Positions 17,541 to 27,161 of a stretch of DNA of 64,000 bases are shown one piece after another. A program made the translations under genes and the position numbers. The notes under the pieces were generated by a model that made no database searches, was not told where the DNA came from, and saw only the letters and a program-made list of their open reading frames with translations. The stretch's first letter is position 1; the number at the start of each line of letters is the position of its first letter. The stretch is from an uncultured Chloroflexia bacterium (lineage in GTDB: Bacteria > Chloroflexota > Limnocylindria > Limnocylindrales > CSP1-4), in contig CAVQJC010000015.1 in NCBI GenBank assembly GCA_963712745.1, positions 96,001 to 160,000 on the forward strand, written 5' to 3'.

Positions 17541-17704
17541 TCAAGCTGAGCAGCGACGCGCGCTGCTGCGCAGGTCGCCCGGCAGTCGAGCTCGTCGTGG
17601 TGCAGCAGCCTGGGCCAGCTGACCTTGGCTTCAGCCACGCGGGCTCACGAGCGGCTGACAGGAATCGTCAAGACACTCGGTCCCGCGCCCGCCATGCTGT
17701 GGCC

Positions 17705-18577
17705 ATGGACGCCGATCTGCTGCCCGTCCTGGTGCACATCCAGGCGGGCCTCGGTTCGGACCTCAGTACTGCCGCCATCGCGCGGCGGGCGGGCATGTCC
17801 GAGTCGACCCTCCACCGTCGCATCGTGGACGCCACCGGTGAGACACCCCGGCGCCATGTCGAGCGGCTACGCCTCGAGCGGGCCGCCTCCCAGCTGATGC
17901 TGCGGCAGAGCACCATCCTCGAGGTCGCGCTCGACAACGGATACGCCTCCCACGAGGTCTTCGGCCGCGCTTTCGGCCGCCACTTCGGCGTGTCCCCCAG
18001 CGAGTGGCGTGAGCGGCAGGTGGCGGGCGGGCTCGGCGAGAACGCCCGCAAGCCCGGCCTGTCGGAGGCCATCGAGGGCGCTGCGATCTCAACCACGCGG
18101 GTGACCGAGCTGCGGCCCATCCGAGTGGCATTCCTGCGACACACGGGGCCCTACGACGAGGTCGACGGTGGCTTGTGGGGGCGCACCCGTGACCGACTCG
18201 CGGAGCTCGGCCTCTCTACCGATGGCTTGCCCCTGGGCATCGCCCAGGATCCACCACACATCACGCCACCGGAGCACCTGCGCTTCGATGCCGGCTGGAC
18301 CATCGACGAGGACCTGCCGCCCGAGTGCGGCCTGGGCCAGCAGACGGTCGGCGGCGGCACCTACGCCTTCACCACCTACGTCGGCCCCTTCGGTCGGATC
18401 GGCCATGCGTACGAGCTCATCGGCGAGCGTCTCATGGCCCATCCCGAGATGATCGTCTTCGGCGCGTCGGTCGAGTGGTATCGGACCGGCTCCATCGACG
18501 AGGAGACCTACCTCAACCAGGTCGACATCTCCTTCCCGGTCAAGGCACGTGCAGGCAGCCCACGGGTGTTCGAGTGA
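17705..18577 (+). CDS. AraC family regulator with a C-terminal GyrI-like domain
   Basis: AraC double HTH (IARRAGMSESTLHR; GYASHEVFGRAF..HFGVSPSEWR) followed by RHTGPYD, DPPHITPPEHLRFDA. Confidence 0.9.
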   Translation: MDADLLPVLVHIQAGLGSDLSTAAIARRAGMSESTLHRRIVDATGETPRRHVERLRLERAASQLMLRQSTILEVALDNGYASHEVFGRAFGRHFGVSPSEWRERQVAGGLGENARKPGLSEAIEGAAISTTRVTELRPIRVAFLRHTGPYDEVDGGLWGRTRDRLAELGLSTDGLPLGIAQDPPHITPPEHLRFDAGWTIDEDLPPECGLGQQTVGGGTYAFTTYVGPFGRIGHAYELIGERLMAHPEMIVFGASVEWYRTGSIDEETYLNQVDISFPVKARAGSPRVFE

Positions 18578-18632
18578 GCCCGTGGTCGCCTCGAACCAAG
18601 CATCCACTCGCATCGTCCTGAAAGGGGGATCC

Positions 18633-19094
18633 ATGTCCGAGTTCGAGTTCCGTGCCGTTCCCCGGCAAGACACCGCGGTGGTCAAGGTCACGACCTCCAC
18701 CGAGAAGATCGGCGAGACCATGGGCTTGGCCTTCGGCACGGTCTTCGCGGCCGTGAGCAAGGCCGGTGCCACACCCGTGGGCCCGGCCATCTGCAAGTAC
18801 ACCGCGTTCAGCGCCGACAGCGTCACCTACGAGGCCGGCGTGCCCGTGGCAGCCCCGTTCGCCGGCGACGGCGAGGTCGTGGCTGGCGAGATCGGCGGGT
18901 GCACCGCGGCTGTGGGCCTGCATGTCGGCCCATACGACAAGCTCGTCGAGACATACGGCCAGATGCAGGCGTGGCTGGAGGGCCAGGGCAAGAAGCCGTC
19001 CGCGATCATGTGGGAGTCCTACCTCGACGACCCGGACGCCACCCCGTCCGAGCAGCTGCGGACCGAGATCTACTGGCCAGCCGAGGAGGAGTGA
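18633..19094 (+). CDS. GyrI-like small-molecule-binding protein
   Basis: LHVGPYDKL..TY, MWESYLDDP...LRTEIYWP; AAAGGGGG RBS. Confidence 0.88.
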   Translation: MSEFEFRAVPRQDTAVVKVTTSTEKIGETMGLAFGTVFAAVSKAGATPVGPAICKYTAFSADSVTYEAGVPVAAPFAGDGEVVAGEIGGCTAAVGLHVGPYDKLVETYGQMQAWLEGQGKKPSAIMWESYLDDPDATPSEQLRTEIYWPAEEE

Positions 19095-19558
19095 TGTCCG
19101 AGTTCGAGATCCGCCAGACCAGCGAACAGCCCACGGCGGCCATCAGGATGACGCGGCCGAGGTCGCAGATCGGTCCGGCCATGGGCGAGGCCTTCCCCAA
19201 GATCTACCACGCGGTCGTGTCATCCGGCGTCGAGCCCGCGGGCGAGCCGCTCGCTCGCTACTTCGACATGGATGACGACGCCCCCACCTTCGAGTGCGCC
19301 ATCCCGGTTTCCGGTCCGTTCACCACTTCAGGCGAGGTCCAGCCGAGCTCGGTCGGCGGTGGCGAGGCTGCATTCGCCGTCCATGTCGGTCCGTACGACA
19401 CGATCAGCCAGACCTGGGAGGCGCTCATGGCCTGGGTCACCGAGCAGGGCAGGACGCCGGCCGGTCCCTTCTGGGAGCGCTACATCGATGACCCCGAGGA
19501 GGTCGACGCCTCCGCGCTGCACACCGAGCTCTACATCCCGGTGAGCGAGGGCGCCTAG
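19094..19558 (+). CDS. GyrI-like small-molecule-binding protein (paralog, translationally coupled)
   Basis: TGATG overlap; same MSEFE start; VHVGPYD, FWERYIDDP...LHTELYIP. Confidence 0.88.
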   Translation: MSEFEIRQTSEQPTAAIRMTRPRSQIGPAMGEAFPKIYHAVVSSGVEPAGEPLARYFDMDDDAPTFECAIPVSGPFTTSGEVQPSSVGGGEAAFAVHVGPYDTISQTWEALMAWVTEQGRTPAGPFWERYIDDPEEVDASALHTELYIPVSEGA

Positions 19559-21334
19559 CTACCCGGTCGCCAGCTCTGCAGCCGCCTCGTCGGGCAGGAG
19601 GAACCAGCGTAGACCCTCGAAGTCGCCGCCGACCACCAGGTCGGTGGCGGCTTGGGGTGTCTCGGCGGGAGCCGGTGGATCGGCAAACAGGCCCCGCGCC
19701 TCGTCCAGGTAGGCTGCGAGGGCACTTTCAGGCTGGTGGCGGCGGTGCTGCTGGTAGGCCATGCCGTCGGCGATGTAGCGGATGTCCCGCAACGACAGCG
19801 GGGCCTCCGCCTGGCGTCCGACGTGGTGCCACAGACCGGTAGCTGGGTCATGGCGGTAGTGCGGCAGGAGGCGCCAGCCTTCGCGCGCGGTGAGCTCGAC
19901 CGCGTCGAGGATGTAGTGGAAGACGGTCTCGCCGATGAAGTAGTTGAAGTTCACCCGGACCCAGCCGGGCTTGATGCCCTCGCAGCCGCGGCCGATCTCG
20001 CGCTCGAACTCGTGGCTGGTCTCGATGTCGATGCCCAGCAGCCGGTGCCCGTACGGCCCGGCACACGAGCAGCCGCCGCGCGACTGGATGCCGAAGAGGT
20101 CGTTGAGCAGCGCGACCACGTAGTTGTGGTGCAGGTAGCGCGTCCCATGGCGGACCGTGAAACTGACGATCGACAGCCGCGGCTGGTCCAGCCGGCCGAG
20201 CACCTCGAGGCCGGGTGCAGCACTCCAGCGCTCCAGGGCGCGATCGATGTAGTCCTCTTCCTTGACGCGGATGGCCTCGGCGCCCACAGCGTCCTTGAGC
20301 CCGAAGACGAGCCCGGCGCGGATGGACTCGATGATGGCGGGAGTGCCGCCTTCCTCGCGATGCTCAGGGTCGTCGAGATAGCGGTGATCGTCGGTGTTGA
20401 CGTAGGCCACGGTGCCGCCGCCGGGCACCACCGGCACCGAGTTGGTCAGCAGTGCCCTGCGCACGATCAGCAGGCCGGGCGTGCCGGGTCCGCCGATGAA
20501 CTTGTGCGGTGAGATGAACATCGCGTCCTTGTAGTCGAGACCGGCGTCGGCGCTGTCGCCGTCCTCGTTCGGCCGACGTGGTGCCACGTCGAGGTCCACG
20601 TACGGCGCCGCCGCCCCGTAGTCCCACAAGGCCAGCGCGCCGCGACGATGGAGCAGCACCGAGATGCCACGCGTGTCGCTCTTGATGCCGGTGACGTTCG
20701 ATGCCGCCGAGAACGAACCGATGAGCAGCGGCCGACCGGCGTGTCGCTCGAGCTCCTCGGTCAGCTGGGACTGGTCGATATGGCCGTCGCGGTCCTCGCG
20801 GATGGTGACGACGTCGGCGATCGACTCGCGCCACGGCAGCTCGTTGGAGTGGTGTTCGTAGGGGCCGATGAAGACGACCGGCCGCTCGTCGGCGGGAATG
20901 TGTGCTGACAGACCGTAGCGGGCATCCAGGTCGGCGGGGATGCGCAGGTTGAGGACGCCGATGAGCTTGTCCACCGCAGCCGTGGAGCCGGACCCGCAGA
21001 AGATGATCGCGTACTCGTCGCGGTCGGCCCGGCAGGCGTCGCGGATGATGTCGCGCGCGTCCTCGCGGAAGCGCGTCGTCTGCAGGCCGGTGCCGCTGGA
21101 CTCGGTATGGGTGTTGGCGTACAGCGGCATGACCTGCTCGCGGATGTAGTCCTCGATGAAGGCCAGGCTGCGGCCCGAGGCGGTGTAGTCGGCGTAGGTC
21201 AGCCGGCGGATCCCGAAGGGGCCGCTGAAGGCCTCGTCGCCGCCGATGACGCCGGCCCGGATGAGCCCGAGCAGCTCCTCGGGCTCGGCATCGCGGCGTG
21301 GGCTTGCGGGCGGCAAGGTGCTGGGCTGCTGCAT
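19559..21334 (-). CDS. Aminotransferase class V / cysteine desulfurase-like PLP enzyme
   Basis: YADYTASGR, YANTHTESS, EHHSN, SPHKFIGGPG (PLP Lys), RGGCSCAGPY. Confidence 0.9.
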   Translation of the reverse strand: MQQPSTLPPASPRRDAEPEELLGLIRAGVIGGDEAFSGPFGIRRLTYADYTASGRSLAFIEDYIREQVMPLYANTHTESSGTGLQTTRFREDARDIIRDACRADRDEYAIIFCGSGSTAAVDKLIGVLNLRIPADLDARYGLSAHIPADERPVVFIGPYEHHSNELPWRESIADVVTIREDRDGHIDQSQLTEELERHAGRPLLIGSFSAASNVTGIKSDTRGISVLLHRRGALALWDYGAAAPYVDLDVAPRRPNEDGDSADAGLDYKDAMFISPHKFIGGPGTPGLLIVRRALLTNSVPVVPGGGTVAYVNTDDHRYLDDPEHREEGGTPAIIESIRAGLVFGLKDAVGAEAIRVKEEDYIDRALERWSAAPGLEVLGRLDQPRLSIVSFTVRHGTRYLHHNYVVALLNDLFGIQSRGGCSCAGPYGHRLLGIDIETSHEFEREIGRGCEGIKPGWVRVNFNYFIGETVFHYILDAVELTAREGWRLLPHYRHDPATGLWHHVGRQAEAPLSLRDIRYIADGMAYQQHRRHQPESALAAYLDEARGLFADPPAPAETPQAATDLVVGGDFEGLRWFLLPDEAAAELATG

Positions 21335-21377
21335 GGCTGGCCCATGCTAGCGGTGCCCCGCCCTCGCCGCCCGCGAC

Positions 21378-21446
21378 CGGCTTCACCAGCTGGCTGAAGG
21401 CGTCGAGGTCCCCGTCTCGCGCTCGCACAACGAGCGCTCGTTGCAT
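21378..21446 (-). pseudogene. N-terminal remnant of an ECF sigma factor
   Basis: MQRALVVRARDGDLDAFSQLV is a typical ECF region-1.2 start; homology stops after about 23 codons. Confidence 0.55.
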
Positions 21447-21618
21447 CGATGTCACCGCTTCGGCGCGGGGACCCTCCCCGCGCTCACACACCCTGGGCGA
21501 TCGGGCCCCTGTGTTCCTATCCCACGAGCTTGATCTTGTCGGCGATGCGCCCGAACGTCGCGGCCAGCAGGCGCTAACCTGCCCCGCACGCCCACCTCGC
21601 TACGCCCACGGAGAGCGC

Positions 21619-22407
21619 ATGGACTTCCTGCTGGACCCACAGATCTGGATCGCGCTGCTGACGCTGACGGCGCTCGAGATCGTCCTCGGCATCGACAACA
21701 TCGTCTTCATCTCCATCCTCGCCAACAAGCTGCCCGTGGAGCAGCGCGACAACGCCCGGCGCGTGGGCATCGTGGCGGCCATGGGTATGCGCATCCTGCT
21801 GCTCCTGGGCATCAGCTGGGTGGTGACGCTGACCGAGCCGTTGTTCGAGCTGTTCGGCCATGAGTTCAGCGGCCGAGACCTCATCCTCATCGGCGGCGGC
21901 CTCTTCCTCCTGGCCAAGGCCACGTGGGAGATCCACGGCCGCATGGAGGGCGACGACCACGTCCGCGATGCCGGCAAGGTGACCTCCTTCTGGAGCGTCA
22001 TCGTGCAGATCATGCTGCTCGACATCATCTTCAGCCTGGACTCGGTCATCACCGCAGTGGGCATGGTCAACGAGGTCATGGTCATGATCGCCGCGGTCGT
22101 CATCTCGGTCATCGTGATGCTGGCGGCCTCCGGCTACATCACCAGGGTCATCGACCAGCACCCGACGCTGAAGATGCTGGCGCTGGCGTTCCTGCTGCTT
22201 ATCGGCTTCACGCTCGTGGCCGACGGCCTGGGCCAGCACATCGACAAGGGCTACGTCTACGCGGCCATGGGCTTCGCGGTCTTCGTCGAGATCCTCAACA
22301 TCCGCCGTTCATCGAACACGGCCAAGCCGTTGCAGATGCACGACCCGTACCACGAGCTGGGCGAGCCCAGGGCGGTGGCAGAGCAGGGCGAGACGCCTCC
22401 GTCCTGA
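21619..22407 (+). CDS. TerC family membrane protein
   Basis: LEIVLGIDNIVFI, DIIFSLDSVITAVGM, LKMLALAFL, KGYVYAAM.F. Confidence 0.93.
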   Translation: MDFLLDPQIWIALLTLTALEIVLGIDNIVFISILANKLPVEQRDNARRVGIVAAMGMRILLLLGISWVVTLTEPLFELFGHEFSGRDLILIGGGLFLLAKATWEIHGRMEGDDHVRDAGKVTSFWSVIVQIMLLDIIFSLDSVITAVGMVNEVMVMIAAVVISVIVMLAASGYITRVIDQHPTLKMLALAFLLLIGFTLVADGLGQHIDKGYVYAAMGFAVFVEILNIRRSSNTAKPLQMHDPYHELGEPRAVAEQGETPPS

Positions 22408-22472
22408 TCCCGCTGGGACAACGCGGGCCTGATGTCCTGATCGCCGATGAAGGGCAGGTCGATCTGCGGGAT

Positions 22473-23385
22473 CTAGACCGTACGCGCGGCGTCGTTGAGG
22501 ATGAGTGCGAGCGCGACGATGACGCCGGCCAGCAGGTACTTCGCCGCGAATGAAGCCGCCAGGTAGCGCGCGAAGCCGAAGCGCATGAGCCCGCCGAGGA
22601 AGGCCGCGGCCGTGCCCATCGGCGACGGTGCGAAGCAGAGCAGGAACATCCCGCCGGTGCCCCGCTTCTCGATGACCGGCCGAGCCCGGTCCTGTGCCTT
22701 CTTGAGTGACGACGAGAAGCGCTTCTTGAAGCGTCCCAGGGTCGAGGTCGTCTGAGGGGACGAGTCCTCTGTCGCGGCATCAGCCGGCGCGTCTGTTGAG
22801 CCAGCGGTCCCGGTCATGGCTGCGACCGCCTCGGCATCGAGTGCGGCCCCCGGCGAGAAATCGACCACGTCCTCGCCGAGCATGCCCGTGTCCTCCGCCA
22901 GCTTCTCGGCGCCGGCCGTGTCACCCTGGGCGTAGGACTGGGCCGTGCGCGCACCAGCGATGTAGTAGCTGGCCAGCCCCAGGGCCATGGCGGCACCAGC
23001 CACGCCGAAGACCTCCCAGGAGGGCAACACCACCGACTGCTGGAAGATCGATCAGGAGGCCGATGAAGCGCGCACCCGGGATGGGCACGAGCGCACCGCC
23101 GTTGCCGATCCAGTTGACCAGGAAGAGCCCGATCAGGGCCACCACGTCGATCCCGTCGAAGACGATCTGGAGGAACTTGATGGAGGAGAGCACCACGGCA
23201 GCAAAGACCGCGATGAGGATGATGACGATGCTGATGAGTACGCGGGATTCGGTCGAGATCCAGCCGTAGAACCAGGCCTGGGCTCGGAGCAAGAAGGTCG
23301 GAGCCTGGTCGCCCTCGTGGATGGGCCTGCGGCGGCTGTCTTCATCGAGGTCCGCAGCCTGCCCGGTCCGAGTCGCGGACACCAC
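22473..23385 (-). pseudogene. DedA/VTT-like membrane protein split by a +1 frameshift near 23050
   Basis: LVPIPGARFIGLL (one frame) continues as IFQQSVVLPSWEVFG...AMALGLASYYIAG...MFLLCFAPSP..AAAFLGG (another frame). Confidence 0.7.
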
Positions 23386-23562
23386 GGGTGGCTTGGATCA
23401 GCCGAGCCGGGCTCGGCGCTCAGGTAGGGCACGATACGACGATGCTAGCGCGCCGCGCCAAGCCTGAGGGCCGGGTGCTCGACAGTGTGGGCTACCGGGT
23501 CGCATCATTCGCTCTCGTGCGGTCCTTCCCGTGACCGCCGACACACGCCTTGAAAGGACACG

Positions 23563-24561
23563 ATGCTTCGACTCGGATACAAGGCTTCGGCCGAACAGTT
23601 CGGCCCCCGTCAGCTCCTTGACTTCGCCATCGCGGCAGAGTCACATGGGTTCGACTCCGTCTGGACCAGCGACCATTACCAGCCCTGGCGCCACACCGAC
23701 GGTCATGCCCCGAATGCGCTCGCCTGGCTGGGTGCGGCCGCGGCGTCGACCTCACGCGTGGTGCTCGGCACGAGCGTTCTCACGCCGAGCCTGCGCTACA
23801 ACCCCGCGGTCGTGGCCCAGGCCTTCGCGACCCTCGGCTGCCTGGCGCCGGGCAGGGTGGTACTCGGCGTGGGCACCGGTGAATCGCTCAACGAGGTCGT
23901 GGTCGGAGCCGAGTGGCCCGACCAGAAGGAGCGCTTCCGCCGGCTGAAGGAGTCGGTGTTGCTCATCCAGCAGTTGTTCCGCGAGGACTTCGTCAACTTC
24001 GAGGGCGAGTTCTACACGACGCACAACGCCACCGTCTATGACAAGCCGACCGATCCCGTACCGGTCTACATCGCTGGCTCTGGTCCTGCGGCCTCACGCC
24101 TGGCCGGGCGTATCGGGGAGGGCTACATCGCGACCTCCGGCAAGGCCAGCGAGCTGTACACCGAGACACTGCTGCCGGCCGTGGCCGAGGGTCTCTCGAG
24201 AGGGGGCCGGGGTGAAGGCGATATCAGCCGCATGATCGAGATGAAGGTCAGCTTCGACACCGATCGCGCCCGGGCCATGGAGGAGACCAAGATCTGGGCC
24301 GCTCTGGCACTCTCCGCAGAGCAGAAGATGGGTATCGAGGATCCACGCGAGATGGAGCGGCTGGCGAAGACCGTGGAGGACGTGGCCCACCGCCGCTGGC
24401 TGGTGTCAGACGATGTCGAGGAGCACATCGAGCAGATCCGCCCGTATGTCGAGTGGGGCTTCGACCACCTTGTCTTCCACTTCCCCGGTGACGACCAGGA
24501 CCGGGCCATGGCTCTCTACGCCGAGCGTGTCCTGCCGGAGCTGCGCCGCCGCTTCGGCTGA
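23563..24561 (+). CDS. fgd: F420-dependent glucose-6-phosphate dehydrogenase
   Basis: GYKASAEQFGP, SDHYQPWRHTDGHAP, GTSVLTP, GTGESLNE, MIEMKVSFD. Confidence 0.9.
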   Translation: MLRLGYKASAEQFGPRQLLDFAIAAESHGFDSVWTSDHYQPWRHTDGHAPNALAWLGAAAASTSRVVLGTSVLTPSLRYNPAVVAQAFATLGCLAPGRVVLGVGTGESLNEVVVGAEWPDQKERFRRLKESVLLIQQLFREDFVNFEGEFYTTHNATVYDKPTDPVPVYIAGSGPAASRLAGRIGEGYIATSGKASELYTETLLPAVAEGLSRGGRGEGDISRMIEMKVSFDTDRARAMEETKIWAALALSAEQKMGIEDPREMERLAKTVEDVAHRRWLVSDDVEEHIEQIRPYVEWGFDHLVFHFPGDDQDRAMALYAERVLPELRRRFG

Positions 24562-24584
24562 GCCCGGCGCCCGATGGCCGCGCG

Positions 24585-25037
24585 CTACTCGTCGGGCGGG
24601 ATGACACCCTTGCGCAGCATGAAGCAGCCGTAAAAGCGGCGTTCGCCGGTCTGCACGACCGCGTACGCCTGCTTGGCCACGTCGTAGAAGTCGAAGCGTT
24701 CGATGCTGATCATCGGCCGTGACCGACCCTCGGCCGAGTCGATCTCAGCCTGCACCTCAGTCATCACGGGCTCGATCTTGTCGGGGTCGCCCACCACCTC
24801 CATGCGACCGGCGAAATCATCGACGAACGTGTCGAGGGGCAGCACCGAGAGGATGGCCTTGGCGGCCTCGGCAGAGGTCAGGTTCTCCATCCGCAGCAGG
24901 CGGCCGATGGTCGTCTGGCGGGCGATGGTGTCGGCCGGGAAGTTGGTGTCGCTGATGATGATGGTGTCGCCGTGGCCCATCGCGCGCAGCGCGCCCAGCA
25001 CGTCAGCGTTCAGTCGGTTGTCGATCCCCTTGAGCAT
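24585..25037 (-). CDS. RbsD/FucU family sugar mutarotase
   Basis: MLKGID...MGHGD.I...D.NFP, ERFDFY..AK, TGERRFYG. Confidence 0.9.
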   Translation of the reverse strand: MLKGIDNRLNADVLGALRAMGHGDTIIISDTNFPADTIARQTTIGRLLRMENLTSAEAAKAILSVLPLDTFVDDFAGRMEVVGDPDKIEPVMTEVQAEIDSAEGRSRPMISIERFDFYDVAKQAYAVVQTGERRFYGCFMLRKGVIPPDE

Positions 25038-25202
25038 GAGTCTCCTCCCCGGTGCTTCGAAACGCAGTGTGTTTGGGCATCATCATACGGGCGGCTTCGC
25101 CCGTCACATCGGCCTTCGCGGTGTGCTCATCGTGGCCGGCCAGGCGGGGCGCCTGCGTCGGCTGACGGACGTGCCGCAGACCACCATCAGCTCCGCGTAT
25201 GT

Positions 25203-26009
25203 TCAGTCCCGCGTGGCGCGAACCCGGTCCATGAAGTCTCGCGCGCGCTCGGGGTCCACGGGCAGCCAGGTGTCACCGTCGACCTTGAGAGCAGAGCCCA
25301 CGATGACGCCGTCGGCCACCTCCAGGACAGCGGCCACGGTGTCGTGCCTGACGCCGGTGTTGGCCAGCACCGGGACATCGGGCAGGACGTCCTTGACCGC
25401 CTCGAGGTCGCTCATGGCGGCGGGTTCGCCGGTGATGGGCCCGGACACGAGCACGGCGTCGGGGATGGAGGACACGACGGCCGACCGCGCCCGGTCGGGC
25501 AGGCTGCGGCGGTCGAGCGAATCGGCGAACTCGGCAGAGATGTTGTAGAGCTTGACGACCCCGTCGGCACCGAGACGGCGGCCGTAACGCAGGGCGGCGC
25601 CGGCATCCGGGTTCCAGGGACCCATGTCCGAGGCGTAGGTGCCGGTGAAGATCTCGCGCACGAAGCTGGCCCCCGTCGCGGCGGCCAGTGCGATGGTGGA
25701 GCGCGGGTCCCACAGCACGTTGACCCCGTAGGGCACGCGGATCTCATCGCGGACCCGGCCGATGACATAGGCCATCGCGGCCGTCGCGGCCACGTCTACC
25801 GCGAGCTCGTAGGGCCGGTCGTGCTCGTTACCGAACATGACCGCGTCGACTCCCGCGGCCTGTAGTGCATCGAGGTCCGCCCGGGCGTCCTCGATGAGCC
25901 CGTCGACACCACGATCGGCGTCGTACAGGGGCGCGCCCGGGGTGGCCCCGATGTGCACCATGGCGATGATCGGCTTGATGTCGCCGAAGAGCTGACGGTA
26001 TCGGGTCAT
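25203..26009 (-). CDS. BtpA/SgcQ family protein
   Basis: KPIIAMVH, DAVMFGNEHDRPY, GVNVLWD, VLANTGV, DGVIVGSALK.DG. Confidence 0.9.
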   Translation of the reverse strand: MTRYRQLFGDIKPIIAMVHIGATPGAPLYDADRGVDGLIEDARADLDALQAAGVDAVMFGNEHDRPYELAVDVAATAAMAYVIGRVRDEIRVPYGVNVLWDPRSTIALAAATGASFVREIFTGTYASDMGPWNPDAGAALRYGRRLGADGVVKLYNISAEFADSLDRRSLPDRARSAVVSSIPDAVLVSGPITGEPAAMSDLEAVKDVLPDVPVLANTGVRHDTVAAVLEVADGVIVGSALKVDGDTWLPVDPERARDFMDRVRATRD

Positions 26010-26153
26010 GGACCCTCCCTTGAGCAGGGTCGAGGGCGACCGGGACCCTGCCATTCACTGGCTGCTGTGGGGCCTCCAATGGTACGACCGGCGAGTTGGT
26101 CGACGCTGGACATCGGGGATCCTGGGCCACCCACCGACCAGCGTTGGAGGCGC

Positions 26154-27053
26154 TCAACCCGCGTCGAGCGCCTCCAGGACAGGTGCCAGCGACTCCACGC
26201 CGGCCAGCGTGACCGGGTCGATGACGAGTTGCACGTGGGCAACGCCCTGCGCCGCGAAGTCCCGCAGCACAGCCGCGATCTCCGCCGGCGTTCCCTCGAT
26301 GGGCGGCACGTCGGTGACCCGCTGCTGCTGAGCGCCCGGCAGGCGGACATAGACCGCCACGGTCCGCTCGACCTCCGCCGGATCGCGGCCGACCTCACGG
26401 CAGGCTGCATCGACGAGCTCACGCTGTCCGGCCAGCCCGCCGGCGGCGTTGCCGTAGGTCAGGAACCACGCGTTCCACTGATCGGCCCAGGGCATGGTGA
26501 TGCGCAGCATGCGTGGCCCGCTGGAGCCGACGAGCAGCGGCGGACCCTGCGCACGTGGCCCTCGCGGTAGCAGCTCACAGTCACGCAGCGTGTAGTAGCG
26601 CCCGTCGAAGTCGATCCGCCCCTCGCGGAGCAAGGTGCGGATGATGGCGAAGGCTTCCTCGAAGCGGGAGATGCGGTGGTCGAAGGGAAAGCCGAAGGCC
26701 GCGTATTCGAGCTCGTTCCAGCCGGCGCCAAGACCCACGATCAGCCGTCCCCCACTGATCTCGTCGACGGTCGCGGCCATCTTGGCCAGCACGCCCGGCT
26801 CGTGGAACGAGGTCGAGGCCACCAGCGGACCGATCTCCACCCGCGAGGTCACGGCCGCGATGGCTGCCAGCTGGGTCCAGGCCTCCCATGGTCCGCGGGC
26901 CCGGTCGGCGTGGCGGTAGAGATAGTGGTCACCGACCCAGACCGAGTCGAGTCCGACGTCCTCGGCCAGGCGAGCCATCTCGGCCAGCTCGGTCCAGCGC
27001 GGCTCGTACTCGATCTCTGGCAGCTGCACGCCCACCTTCAGCGGCCTGGCCAT
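26154..27053 (-). CDS. LLM-class (luciferase-like, possibly F420-dependent) oxidoreductase
   Basis: DSVWVGDH, LAKMAATVDEISGGRLIVGLGAGW. Confidence 0.9.
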   Translation of the reverse strand: MARPLKVGVQLPEIEYEPRWTELAEMARLAEDVGLDSVWVGDHYLYRHADRARGPWEAWTQLAAIAAVTSRVEIGPLVASTSFHEPGVLAKMAATVDEISGGRLIVGLGAGWNELEYAAFGFPFDHRISRFEEAFAIIRTLLREGRIDFDGRYYTLRDCELLPRGPRAQGPPLLVGSSGPRMLRITMPWADQWNAWFLTYGNAAGGLAGQRELVDAACREVGRDPAEVERTVAVYVRLPGAQQQRVTDVPPIEGTPAEIAAVLRDFAAQGVAHVQLVIDPVTLAGVESLAPVLEALDAG

Positions 27054-27161
27054 CGGCTCCCTCCCGTTCATGACACCGTGGTGACGGTTCGGTGACGGGA
27101 GCCGCACCAAACGTAGCCCGCGTCACATTCTCGTCGTCGGCGCCAGCATAGGCTGCTGGGC

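Noticed and set aside
17360-17704. N-terminal extension of the AraC ORF (LRLPWWGQAAVAGSGCRGG repeats)
   Set aside because: It is the translation of the non-triplet 19-bp DNA repeat; AraC homology starts at ATG 17705
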